Source: Candidatus Berkelbacteria bacterium RIFCSPLOWO2_01_FULL_50_28
GTDB lineage: Bacteria > Patescibacteriota > UBA1384 > 2-12-FULL-50-11
Reading direction: 5' to 3'
Length of the DNA: 64,000 nt
Assembly (NCBI GenBank): GCA_001774395.1
Contig: MEZX01000002.1
Location: 559,062-623,061 of the forward strand
Shown here: in pieces, positions 46,401 through 55,214 of the stretch
Numbering within the stretch: position 1 is the stretch's first letter
Layout of the letters: each line of letters starts with the position of its first letter
Notes under the pieces: generated by a model
Seen by the model: the letters and a program-made list of their open reading frames with translations, nothing else
Told to the model about the DNA's origin: nothing
Database searches by the model: none
Made by a program: the position numbers and the translations under genes

Positions 46401-47398
46401 TATTTCCCCACGATTAGCGCTAATTCAACCAGACGGCAGGAGTAACCATATTCGTTATCGTACCACGCAACGACCTTGACCATGTCGCCGTCAACGACTT
46501 TGGTAAGTTCCAAATCGACAATGGCCGATGCTGAATTGCCAACGATGTCGCTGGAGACAATAGGTTTATCGGTAACTTCCAGAATGCCGCGAAAGCGTGG
46601 TTCTTTGGCCGCTTCGCTCAACGCTTCGTTGACCTCCTCAACTGTCGTTTTCTTTTTGACGATAAATGTGATGTCGGACAGCGAGCCGACCGGCGTTGGA
46701 ACACGGATTGCCAGGCCATCGAATAAGCCCTTCAGTTCGGGAATGACTTCGGTGGTGGAAAGAGCGGCACCGGTGGTGGTGGGGACGATGTTTTCCGCCG
46801 CAGCACGGGCTCGTCGTAGATCTTTGTGCGGTCCGTCCTGCAGATTCTGGTCAGCCGTGTAGGAATGGATGGTTGTCATCATCGCCTTCAATACGCCAAA
46901 CTCGCGATTAATGACGGCCACCACCGGCGTAATGCAATTGGTGGTACAGGATGCGTTGGAAATAATCGGGTCATCGGATTTTATATCGCCTTCGTTGACG
47001 GAAATAATATGAGTCGACATTGATCCTTTCGGCGGTGCCGAGATAATCACCCGCTTGGCACCGGCGGTAATATGACCCATGGCCGTTTCTTTTTCGGTAA
47101 AAAACCCTGTGCATTCCAACACGACATCGACTTCCAAATCTTTCCACGGCAATTTGGTCGGGTCTTTTTCGGCAAAGCTAGGAACCTTTTCGCCGTTGAT
47201 AATTAAATGCTCACCGTCGGCATCAGCGGAGATTTCGCCCGACCATGTGCCGTAATTAGAATCGTACTTAAATAAATGCGCAAGTGTAGCGTCGTCGGTT
47301 AGGTCGTTGACTGCCACCAATTTCGCGTCTTTCTTCTCCAATAAAATCTTGGCCGCTGTCCGCCCAATCCGCCCAAAACCATTGATGGCGATGTTCAT
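46400..47398 (-). CDS. gap: Type I glyceraldehyde-3-phosphate dehydrogenase
   Basis: INGFGRIGR, SNASCTTNC, WYDNEYGY; start re-placed at ATG 47398. Confidence 0.98.
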   Translation of the reverse strand: MNIAINGFGRIGRTAAKILLEKKDAKLVAVNDLTDDATLAHLFKYDSNYGTWSGEISADADGEHLIINGEKVPSFAEKDPTKLPWKDLEVDVVLECTGFFTEKETAMGHITAGAKRVIISAPPKGSMSTHIISVNEGDIKSDDPIISNASCTTNCITPVVAVINREFGVLKAMMTTIHSYTADQNLQDGPHKDLRRARAAAENIVPTTTGAALSTTEVIPELKGLFDGLAIRVPTPVGSLSDITFIVKKKTTVEEVNEALSEAAKEPRFRGILEVTDKPIVSSDIVGNSASAIVDLELTKVVDGDMVKVVAWYDNEYGYSCRLVELALIVGK

Positions 47399-47474
47399 CT
47401 TTACCACCATACCACGCCTAAAAACTACCAGCAAAACCCTTGACTTTTCAGGGTAGGTGTGGTAGACTCCACCC

Positions 47475-47622
47475 ATAACGTTTGGGTGCGACATAGCCAG
47501 CCCCCGAGCGCACTGCCAAGCGGCAGAAGCGGCGGGGGCTTTCACATACCCCAAGATTTTTGCAAACCCAACCTGAAGGGCTGTCCTTCTTCTGTACGGC
47601 GACAGGTAGAGGACAGGCCTTT
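47475..47622 (+). ncRNA. Candidate structured small RNA
   Basis: TTGACT-17-TAGACT promoter (47440-47468), nested stems, a terminal hairpin and no credible ORF. Confidence 0.4.
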
Positions 47623-47677
47623 ACCTGTAAACTTTTTGTCATTGACGACCGATTTTTAAGTTACTATGGTGGTAGAA

Positions 47678-47884
47678 ATGCTAGAGAAATCTGACTTACA
47701 ACAAATTAGGGAGGTAATTTCCGAAGAGATTGCTCCGGTCAAAAAGAGTCTACACAGACTCGAAGTTGAGTCCAGAAAAACACGGAAAGATATCAATATG
47801 ATAATTGGCGTGTTTGACGTAAAGGACAAAGAGCTCGAGACGAGAATCGAACGACTCGAAACGAAGGTTGGAATCGTCAACTAG
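47678..47884 (+). CDS. Small coiled-coil hypothetical protein (68 aa)
   Basis: MLEKSDLQQIREVI...RIERLETKVG heptad pattern; TTGACG..TATGGT upstream. Confidence 0.65.
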   Translation: MLEKSDLQQIREVISEEIAPVKKSLHRLEVESRKTRKDINMIIGVFDVKDKELETRIERLETKVGIVN

Positions 47885-48723
47885 GCCTTGTCGCTACTGC
47901 CGAACAAGCGGATGTGTTTGATAACTTCGTCGCGGATTTCGTCGCGCGAGGGGGCAAGCTCTTCGCGCGGGTCATAGATATCTGCATCCTTAAGTGTTCG
48001 GCGCAGTTCGCGGGTGAAGGCCAAGCGCAGATCGGTATCGATATTAATTTTGCAAATTCCTAAACTAATCGCCTCGCGAACAACTTTTTCGTCCGTACTA
48101 GACGCGCCGTGCAGAACTAACGGCACGTCAACGGCCTTATTTATTTCAGCGAGTAGCTCTAAATCTAGCTTTTCGTGTGGCAGCGGCTTGCCATGCGTAG
48201 AGCCAATCGATACCGCAAAGGCGTCAACGTTAGTTTCACGCACAAATTGAGCGGCGCGTTTCGGATCGGTAAAATGACCGCGATTGCCATCGACATAGTC
48301 TTCCCGCCCTCCGATTTGATCTTCTTCTGCTTCAACGGTCGCGCCAAGATGGTGGGCCTTAGAGACAAACTCTTTCACGAACTCAATTCGCTCATCTTTG
48401 GGCATTTTCGAGACATCAAGCATGACCGAGCTGAAACCAATTTTGAGCGAATCTTCGACCATAGGAAAATTTCGACCGTGATCAAAGTGAATACAAACAG
48501 GCACAACTGCCCGGTCGGCCAAAGTTTTGGCAACAGCAAAGGCTAAATCTAAGCCCATATAGTCAATGGTTTTTTCGCTAACTTGTAAAATAACCGGAGA
48601 CTTTTCTTCCTCGCCGGCTTCAATAATTGCCATCGCCGATTCGAGCGTGGTCATATTGTAACCACCGACGGCATAGTGCTCGCGATCAGCTTTCTGCAGC
48701 ATTGAACGCAAATTAACTAGCAT
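47881..48723 (-). CDS. fba: Class II fructose-bisphosphate aldolase
   Basis: IHFDHG, GSTHG, VLHGAS, KINIDT. Confidence 0.93.
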   Translation of the reverse strand: MLVNLRSMLQKADREHYAVGGYNMTTLESAMAIIEAGEEEKSPVILQVSEKTIDYMGLDLAFAVAKTLADRAVVPVCIHFDHGRNFPMVEDSLKIGFSSVMLDVSKMPKDERIEFVKEFVSKAHHLGATVEAEEDQIGGREDYVDGNRGHFTDPKRAAQFVRETNVDAFAVSIGSTHGKPLPHEKLDLELLAEINKAVDVPLVLHGASSTDEKVVREAISLGICKINIDTDLRLAFTRELRRTLKDADIYDPREELAPSRDEIRDEVIKHIRLFGSSDKA

Positions 48724-48728
48724 GGTAA

Positions 48729-48838
48729 GTAATTTTCAATTTACAATTTCTAATTTCCATTGAATTTCCAATGTTCCAATGTTTGAAAATTGATTCATTG
48801 AGAATTGATTGAAAATTGATAAATGAAAATTGATAATT
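48729..48838. repeat. AT-rich heptamer inverted-repeat tract
   Basis: TTTCAAT/TTCCAAT units followed by TGAAAAT/ATTGA units. Confidence 0.7.
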
Positions 48839-48843
48839 CGTGT

Positions 48844-49809
48844 TCATTTTCTTTTGATTACTCTCTCCACTGCCTCAATAATGTGTTGGGTCGTCAGGCC
48901 GTAATGTTCCATCAACTCCTCCGGTTTGCCGGATTCGCCGAAAGTATCTTTGATGCCAACCCGTTCCAGTGGCACCGGGTAACTTTCAGCCAGAACTTCC
49001 GCAACCGCCCCGCCAAGACCGCCGGCAATTTGGTGCTCCTCGGCTGTGACGATCGCTCCAGATTCCTTGGCCGCTTCGATTATTGCTTTGATATCGATCG
49101 GTTTTATGGTGTGAAGATTAATTACGCCAACCGACAATTTGCCGTCGAGTTTCTGGGCGGCTTCCAGCGCGAACGCTACCATCTGACCGCAAGCAATTAT
49201 CGTTACATCGCTTCCCGCCAGGATTTGAGTAGCTCGCCCCAAAACAAACGGTGTTTCGTCAGTGGTCATAACAGGGGTTTTCTCGCGACCGAAGCGAATG
49301 TAGGACGGCCCGATGTGTTTGGCTAAGGCGATTGTGGCTTTTTTGGTTTCGATGGAATCCGCTGGCACAACGACCGTCATGTTTGGCAGGACTCGGGTGA
49401 TCGCAATATCTTCCAAAGCCTGATGGGTAGCGCCATCCGGACCGACGGAAATACCTGCATGCGCCCCGACTACTTTAACGTTGGCTTTTGAATAGCATAT
49501 GCTAACTCTTACTTGATCCCAATTCCGACCCGGTGAAAAGACCGCGTAAGAAGTTATGAACGGGATTTTCCCACTTAGAGCGAGCCCTGCCGCGACTCCA
49601 GCCATATTCTGCTCGGCTACGCCCATCTCAATAAATCTCTCGGGAAAGTTTTCAGCAAATTTCTCAACCCTGGTGCTTTCTTTGAGATCACCCGTAAGCA
49701 CAACGACGTCACCGTTCGTTTTTCCAAGACATACCAAACCTTCACCAAAACCGTCTCGCGGCGCGATTTGTTGTGTGAAATCCATGCTAATCGGTACCAA
49801 ATACTTCAT
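48844..49809 (-). CDS. Transketolase C-terminal subunit
   Basis: GVAEQN, GPDGATHQ, EEHQIAGGLG. Confidence 0.93.
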   Translation of the reverse strand: MKYLVPISMDFTQQIAPRDGFGEGLVCLGKTNGDVVVLTGDLKESTRVEKFAENFPERFIEMGVAEQNMAGVAAGLALSGKIPFITSYAVFSPGRNWDQVRVSICYSKANVKVVGAHAGISVGPDGATHQALEDIAITRVLPNMTVVVPADSIETKKATIALAKHIGPSYIRFGREKTPVMTTDETPFVLGRATQILAGSDVTIIACGQMVAFALEAAQKLDGKLSVGVINLHTIKPIDIKAIIEAAKESGAIVTAEEHQIAGGLGGAVAEVLAESYPVPLERVGIKDTFGESGKPEELMEHYGLTTQHIIEAVERVIKRK

Positions 49810-50651
49810 TACTCGTGCTCACTCTTTATTTTACCGCGAAGGGTGCGAAGCTCGTGTAACGCTAACTTGGCTTCACCGCTCTTGGGCGTTTTGCCGTGCC
49901 AGTGATAGTCGTTTTCCATGAAATCCACGCCCTTGCCAGGGATAGTGTGGGCAATAATTACCGTCGGTTTTTCAAACACGGCTTTAGCGTGACGGAGACA
50001 ACCGATAATATCCTCGAAATTATGGCCATCCATTTCCAGGACGTGCCACCCGAAAGCCTGATATTTTTCAACTATTGGTTCAAGTGGCATCACGTCTTCG
50101 GTGAAACCATCAATTTGAATATTATTGCGGTCGATAATCGCCGTCAGATTGTGAAGATTATACTTGCCGGCAAACATCGCCGCTTCCCATACTTGACCTT
50201 CGTTTTGCTCGCCGTCCGACATCACACAATAAACGCGCCACTTGCTAGCATCCAGTTTGGCAGCATATGCCATGCCGCAGGCCTGGCTTAATCCTTGGCC
50301 GAGCGGACCGGAGGTATTTTCAATGCCCGGTAGTGCCAAGTTGTGCGGGTGGCCTTGCAAGCGAGAACCAAATTTTCGTAGTGTTTTCAGCTCTTCTCGG
50401 CGGAAAAATCCGCGATGAGCAAGCACAGTATATAGAACAGGGCAGATGTGTCCGCAAGACAATACTAGTCGATCGCGTTCAGCCCAGTCTGGTTTTTCGG
50501 GGTCAATTTTAAGGATGTTAAAATAAAGAGCAGTGAAAACATCAGTCATGCCTAAAGGCCCCGCCGAGTGTCCCGAGCCAGCTTCAACAAGCATATCAAT
50601 GATATCGGCCCGAATATCTGTCGCCTTTAGTTCGAGTTGTTTTGTGTTCAT
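49809..50651 (-). CDS. Transketolase N-terminal subunit
   Basis: GSGH, RLQGHP, SDGEQNEGQVWE, WHGK. Confidence 0.93.
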   Translation of the reverse strand: MNTKQLELKATDIRADIIDMLVEAGSGHSAGPLGMTDVFTALYFNILKIDPEKPDWAERDRLVLSCGHICPVLYTVLAHRGFFRREELKTLRKFGSRLQGHPHNLALPGIENTSGPLGQGLSQACGMAYAAKLDASKWRVYCVMSDGEQNEGQVWEAAMFAGKYNLHNLTAIIDRNNIQIDGFTEDVMPLEPIVEKYQAFGWHVLEMDGHNFEDIIGCLRHAKAVFEKPTVIIAHTIPGKGVDFMENDYHWHGKTPKSGEAKLALHELRTLRGKIKSEHE

Positions 50652-51286
50652 TTAACCGCTTCTAACAGTTCCCGATAGCTTTCCTGCCAATCGTGATTGT
50701 CGTAAATACCAGAAGAAGCAATAAAGTAATTTGCGCCGGCAGATTTCAGTTTGGCGACATTGGACGCGTTCACTCCACCATCTACCGAAATTATTGAATG
50801 ATGGTCGAAGGCACGAAAATACGACACCGCGCTAACGGTCTGTGGCAGCTGCGGTTGGCCAGTTTTACCTGGAGTAACCCCCATTATTTGGATGTAATTG
50901 CTCACCCGCAGAAGTGGCTTGGAGGTAGCTAAATCAGTATCGGGGTTAACAGCAAAACCGAGTAGAATATCGAGCCTTCGGGCATCTCGCTCTAGTGATT
51001 CAATGTCAAACTCAGATTCAACGTGGACAATTGCCCGCGTAACTTTTTTTGCCTTAAGCGCCGAAAAGCAGGACTGCGGACTGCGAACCATCAAGTGCGC
51101 CTCGCTGTAACCCAAATCGAGCTCTGGCCACTCTTCGATCGGCAGGGTATGCCCTTTCACAAAATCATTATCTACCACATCAACGTGGATAGACTGTGTT
51201 GTGGCACGAGCAAATTCCAATCTTGCCAAGAAGCTTTCCTCGCTCAGAACTAAACACCCAGGCAAGATTAAACTTTTGCTACGCAT
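50648..51286 (-). CDS. rpe: Ribulose-phosphate 3-epimerase
   Basis: IHVDVVD, EAHLMV, MGVTPG, VDGGV; start at ATG 51286. Confidence 0.88.
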   Translation of the reverse strand: MRSKSLILPGCLVLSEESFLARLEFARATTQSIHVDVVDNDFVKGHTLPIEEWPELDLGYSEAHLMVRSPQSCFSALKAKKVTRAIVHVESEFDIESLERDARRLDILLGFAVNPDTDLATSKPLLRVSNYIQIMGVTPGKTGQPQLPQTVSAVSYFRAFDHHSIISVDGGVNASNVAKLKSAGANYFIASSGIYDNHDWQESYRELLEAVK

Positions 51287-51704
51287 CCAACTGTTTAACC
51301 CGCCGTTTATAGCGGTCCAGGTGGCTAAACGTCGTCGAAAGAAAAGTGGAAACGATCTCCCAAGCATCTTCATTAGTAATCAGCCTTGCCGGTAAGCAGG
51401 CGATGTTAGCGTCTTCTTCTTCCCTGGAGCGACGTGCAACTGCTCTTCCCCAGAGCAGTGCCGCCCGAACACCCTTATGACGGTTTGCGGCAATTGACAC
51501 CCCAACCCCGCTGCCGCAGATTAATATGCCCTTACCACCGGTCTTAATCACTTCCTTGGCAACTCTGTTAGCCACTGCCGGATAATCGTCCTGTTCCGTT
51601 GAGAAAGTCCCAAAATCTTCGAAGGCCACCCCACGTGCGGCCATCTTGCTTCGAATAAACTCCTTCATATTGTATCCAGCGTGATCGGCGGCAATATAGA
51701 GCAT
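51279..51704 (-). CDS. rpiB: Ribose-5-phosphate isomerase B
   Basis: ADHAG, CGSGVGVSIAAN. Confidence 0.92.
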   Translation of the reverse strand: MLYIAADHAGYNMKEFIRSKMAARGVAFEDFGTFSTEQDDYPAVANRVAKEVIKTGGKGILICGSGVGVSIAANRHKGVRAALLWGRAVARRSREEEDANIACLPARLITNEDAWEIVSTFLSTTFSHLDRYKRRVKQLDA

Positions 51705-51709
51705 CTCAG

Positions 51710-52723
51710 CTAATGACTAGCGATATTAACTGGATCGCCAGAAGTCATTCCTTCGATGTTCGCGATTGTGGTATCAAGAATATTCTTCAGTGACTCTTTA
51801 GAGTTGAAGGCGTTGTGGGGTGTGAGCAGAACTTTCGGGTGACTCATTAATTTATGGTTAGCCAAGGCTGTCTGGTATTCATGCAGCTTGAAATACGGCG
51901 AGAAGAACTCCTTCTCTTCCTTTAGTAACCCTTCGTCTTCCAAAACATCGATGCCGGCCTGAGAAACAATGCCTGATTCTAAGGCTTCGAGTAAAGCATC
52001 AACGTCGACTAGACCGCCGCGAGCGGTATTGAGTAGCACCACCCCGCGCTTCATTTGAGAGAACTGCTCCGAAGATAGCATATGCTGATTTTCGGGAGTG
52101 AGCGGAACATGAAGGGTGATTACATCACTGGCGTGGAAAAGCTGTGGCAAAGAAACATATTCCATCCCGTACTTTTCTGTTAGTTCTGGATTGGGTTTGG
52201 GATCGAATCCCAGTAGTCGCATATTCAAACCGAAAGCGATCCGTGTAACGTGAGCCCCAATTTTGCCAGTGCCAACGACGCCAAGCGTTTTACCCATAAG
52301 GTCCCAGCCCGACAGCCCGGCGTATTCGTAGACTCCCTCTCTGGTACGTTCAACTGAGGGCACAATATTACGCGACATGGCTAACAATAGAGCCATCGTG
52401 TGTTCGGCAACAGTATTGGGGCCGTAAGCCGGAACGTTGCTGACAGTGATATGATGACTCGCGGCAAACGGCAGGCTAATGTGGTCCGTCCCCACCGACA
52501 TTGTCGCAATACCTTTGAGCTGCGGTAGCTTTTCCAGAGTTTTCTCTGAAAGATCTGAGTAGATAAACGTCACCAAATACTGGGCCTTCTCGGCCTCGTG
52601 AATGTTTTCGTGGGTCAAACGGTGCGGAAAGAATTCCAGCCTAACCTTGTCGCCGAGCTTATCTTTTATGTATTCCTGTTCCCACGGCTCGGTCTCAAAA
52701 AACGTAACTGTTTTCCCCTCCAT
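51710..52723 (-). CDS. D-2-hydroxyacid (D-lactate-type) dehydrogenase
   Basis: GTGKIG, NTARG, TPHNAF. Confidence 0.9.
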   Translation of the reverse strand: MEGKTVTFFETEPWEQEYIKDKLGDKVRLEFFPHRLTHENIHEAEKAQYLVTFIYSDLSEKTLEKLPQLKGIATMSVGTDHISLPFAASHHITVSNVPAYGPNTVAEHTMALLLAMSRNIVPSVERTREGVYEYAGLSGWDLMGKTLGVVGTGKIGAHVTRIAFGLNMRLLGFDPKPNPELTEKYGMEYVSLPQLFHASDVITLHVPLTPENQHMLSSEQFSQMKRGVVLLNTARGGLVDVDALLEALESGIVSQAGIDVLEDEGLLKEEKEFFSPYFKLHEYQTALANHKLMSHPKVLLTPHNAFNSKESLKNILDTTIANIEGMTSGDPVNIASH

Positions 52724-52796
52724 TAACTCTAAATTAGCTTAATTATGACTATAAAGGAAGCGTGACTTCTCGAGTGAGAAATCACGCTCTTTGGTC

Positions 52797-53261
52797 TTAG
52801 GGGGCAGTTGCCCTCCCTTCGTTGAGTCCATTTGTAGCCTCCGTGCTTGTTGCTGCTTGCGTCGGGACGATCCGGAACTGACCGCCAATAACGACGAAAC
52901 GGCCGACCACGACAACCGGCTTAACCAACAGACGGTCATGCCAATCACGCAACTCACCGCTATCCAACCGCAGGAGCAGATGATGATTCGCAGTCGGTCG
53001 CTTGAAGGTGCGACCAATTACCATTGTCCGCAGGGCTTGGCAGGCGTGTTGGTAAACCTCCCTTGAATCAACATCGCACAACCAGAAATCCTCCAAATCG
53101 ACGCCCTTTGGGTCGGCGTAGGCAACTGGGCTAGAGAGCTTATAGCCTCTGCTCAGTCCCCGCCGCTGCGCTTGCTGGACGATCTGGGTGTTCAGTTGGG
53201 CAAGGACGATATCACCTTGCAACGTATCCTTTCCAATTACCGAGTCACGTGGTTTAGCCAC
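52797..53261 (-). CDS. Hypothetical protein (154 aa)
   Basis: AGGAGGTGA SD before GTG; fills the gap between tRNA-Gly and the dehydrogenase gene. Confidence 0.6.
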   Translation of the reverse strand: MAKPRDSVIGKDTLQGDIVLAQLNTQIVQQAQRRGLSRGYKLSSPVAYADPKGVDLEDFWLCDVDSREVYQHACQALRTMVIGRTFKRPTANHHLLLRLDSGELRDWHDRLLVKPVVVVGRFVVIGGQFRIVPTQAATSTEATNGLNEGRATAP

Positions 53262-53356
53262 GGCTCACCTCCTAGCTCCAAATTTAAGGAGCAATTTCGA
53301 ACAGGCCCAGTTTACCCAAAACGTTACGTAAGGTAAAGTAGCATTACTACAATCGC

Positions 53357-53427
53357 GCGGGTGTGGTTCAATGGCAGAATATAACCTTCCCAAGGTTGAG
53401 ACGAGGGTTCGATTCCCTTCACCCGCT
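53357..53427 (+). tRNA. tRNA-Gly (CCC), CCA not encoded
   Basis: GCGGGTG/CACCCGC acceptor stem, TAACC-TTCCCAA-GGTTG anticodon arm, GAGGG-TTCGATT-CCCTT T arm. Confidence 0.95.
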
Positions 53428-53547
53428 CAATGAAAGATAATAAGCACGAGGGGAACGAACGAAGTGAGATTCCCTTCACCCGCTCAATGAAAGAAACAGA
53501 AAAATTGAGGGAACTGAGCGAAGCGAAGATTCCCTTCACCCGCTCAA
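53411..53547 (+). repeat. Three tandem copies of the tRNA-Gly 3' end
   Basis: GATTCCCTTCACCCGCTCAA at 53411, 53468 and 53527. Confidence 0.9.
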
Positions 53548-53548
53548 A

Positions 53549-54019
53549 ATGATTATAGGTTGGGACAGATTTAATCGTGCTGTTAACAAGACTGTCGAGT
53601 CAGTGGAAAGCTCCCCATTTTGTCCGAATACCATTGTTGCGGTCGGGATATCTGGTCTAATTCCAGCAACGATTGTGGCTAAAAAATTGAGATGTAAGGA
53701 TGTTCAAATATTGGTGGTGGAGTCATACTCGGGAAAGCAAAGACTGCAGCCTAGGCTAGTATCCCTTGGCCTGACTGCGCTTGCGGGAAAACAGGTACTG
53801 TGCGTCGATGATATCGTTGCGACAGGCGAGACCTTTGAGTTGGTGAGACAACAGATATTGAAGCACAAACCGCAAGCTGTAAAGTTCGCAGCCCCCATAA
53901 TTAGTAAAAGAATATGTAAAACTTACCCCGATTTTTGGGGCGAGGCAGTAATGCGAACCAAGAATGACTTCATTAGATTCCCCTGGGATGAGGAAGGTAA
54001 TGGTAAACTAATCCCATGA
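53549..54019 (+). CDS. Purine phosphoribosyltransferase family protein (Gpt/Hpt-like)
   Basis: VLCVDDIVATGET, FPWD. Confidence 0.85.
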   Translation: MIIGWDRFNRAVNKTVESVESSPFCPNTIVAVGISGLIPATIVAKKLRCKDVQILVVESYSGKQRLQPRLVSLGLTALAGKQVLCVDDIVATGETFELVRQQILKHKPQAVKFAAPIISKRICKTYPDFWGEAVMRTKNDFIRFPWDEEGNGKLIP

Positions 54020-54774
54020 CAACCGAACCATACGACCGTTACGACTACCGCGCGTTTTGGACAAAGCGCAATTATGAAAACTTCGCCGACGCCTTTGCGA
54101 TCACGCAGATTCTAAAATCTTTGGAGTACCCGCGTCGTCACCTCCTAGACCTTGGCGGCGGCTATGGCCGCAATATCCCTATCTGTGCCCCGTACTGTCG
54201 GAAGATGACGCTACTCGATCCGTCCAGCCACAATATAGAAAATGCCAAGAAGTTTCTGGGTTCACAGAAAAACATTGAACTCGTAATTGGCAAAGGTGAG
54301 GCATTACCATTTAAGAACGGGGACTTCGACACGATTTTGTCCATCCGCGTATCGCATCATTTTTCTGACCTCAAGCCACTGCTTGCCGAGTGCTACCGCG
54401 TGCTCGAACCAGGTGGAGTGTTTATTTTTGAAGTTGCTAACAAACTACATTTCAAGTCTCGCATCGGGGCGTTCTTGCGCGGCCGATCGAAAGAGTTGCA
54501 CTCACTTGAGAATATCGACCGGCGCAGCAAGGAAAACCGCCACGGAGCAACGATTGACTTCGTAAATCACCATCCGGCCAAAGTAGTCCAATTGCTTACC
54601 GAAGTCTGTTTCACGGTAAAGATCGACCGATCGGTTTCGAATTTTCGTTCGCCTCTTGCCAACAAGCCAGTATTTCAGCAGATATTTTCCGCGCTTGAAC
54701 CTCTGCTTCAACGACTGCTTGCGAGCTCCTGGTTCGGACCGAGCTTGTACCTCATTGCGATAAAAAAGAAGTAG
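54016..54774 (+). CDS. Class I SAM-dependent methyltransferase
   Basis: LLDLGGGYGR, EALPF, RVLEPGG. Confidence 0.9.
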   Translation: MTTEPYDRYDYRAFWTKRNYENFADAFAITQILKSLEYPRRHLLDLGGGYGRNIPICAPYCRKMTLLDPSSHNIENAKKFLGSQKNIELVIGKGEALPFKNGDFDTILSIRVSHHFSDLKPLLAECYRVLEPGGVFIFEVANKLHFKSRIGAFLRGRSKELHSLENIDRRSKENRHGATIDFVNHHPAKVVQLLTEVCFTVKIDRSVSNFRSPLANKPVFQQIFSALEPLLQRLLASSWFGPSLYLIAIKKK

Positions 54775-55058
54775 CAAACACCCCGGAGACTACAGGCGGA
54801 GTGAAACGACGACAGCGTCGACGGGGTAGAATAGCAAACACCCGGAGACTATTCTTAACGACAGTGAAGAAAGGCTCAGGGGTAGAGTGTTTGCGTAGCA
54901 AATACCCCGGAGACTACAGACGAGCGGAGCGATGGCTGCGTCGACGGGGTAAAATTGTAGCAAACACCCCGGAGACTATTTTGAGGGCGACAGCCCGAGA
55001 AAAGGCTCTGGGGTAAAATTGTAGCAAATACCCCGGAGACTATCCGGGGGTATTTGCT
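54771..55058. repeat. Five-unit palindromic tandem array (REP/BIME-like, CRISPR-like spacing)
   Basis: TAGCAAAYACCC(C)GGAGACTA at 54772, 54832, 54896, 54958 and 55022; period 60-64 nt. Confidence 0.9.
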
Positions 55059-55214
55059 TGAGTTGAGGTGGAACTACTTTTTCGTGAGGCCGCCTCAAGT
55101 GGGGTGGTCATCCCGATGCTTCTCGTAGTCCAAATATCTTGATGAGAGCATGGCCTTACACTACGTATGATGATTGAACTAATCATCGGCAAAAGCTACA
55201 ATGAACCAACTGCC

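Noticed and set aside
47399-47554. 52-aa N-terminal extension of GAPDH in the ORF track
   Set aside because: Homology starts at MNIAING, a -10 box precedes that ATG, and the extension covers promoter and hairpin sequence.
53324-53539. 71-aa minus-strand ORF with a repeated FIERVKGI
   Set aside because: It is the antisense of tRNA-Gly and its 3' repeats.
54801-55016. 71-aa Arg-rich ORF
   Set aside because: It is a translation of the repeat array.
54771-55058. True CRISPR array
   Set aside because: Spacers are pairwise homologous and self-complementary, repeats vary, and no cas genes are in the window. Kept as a REP-like array.
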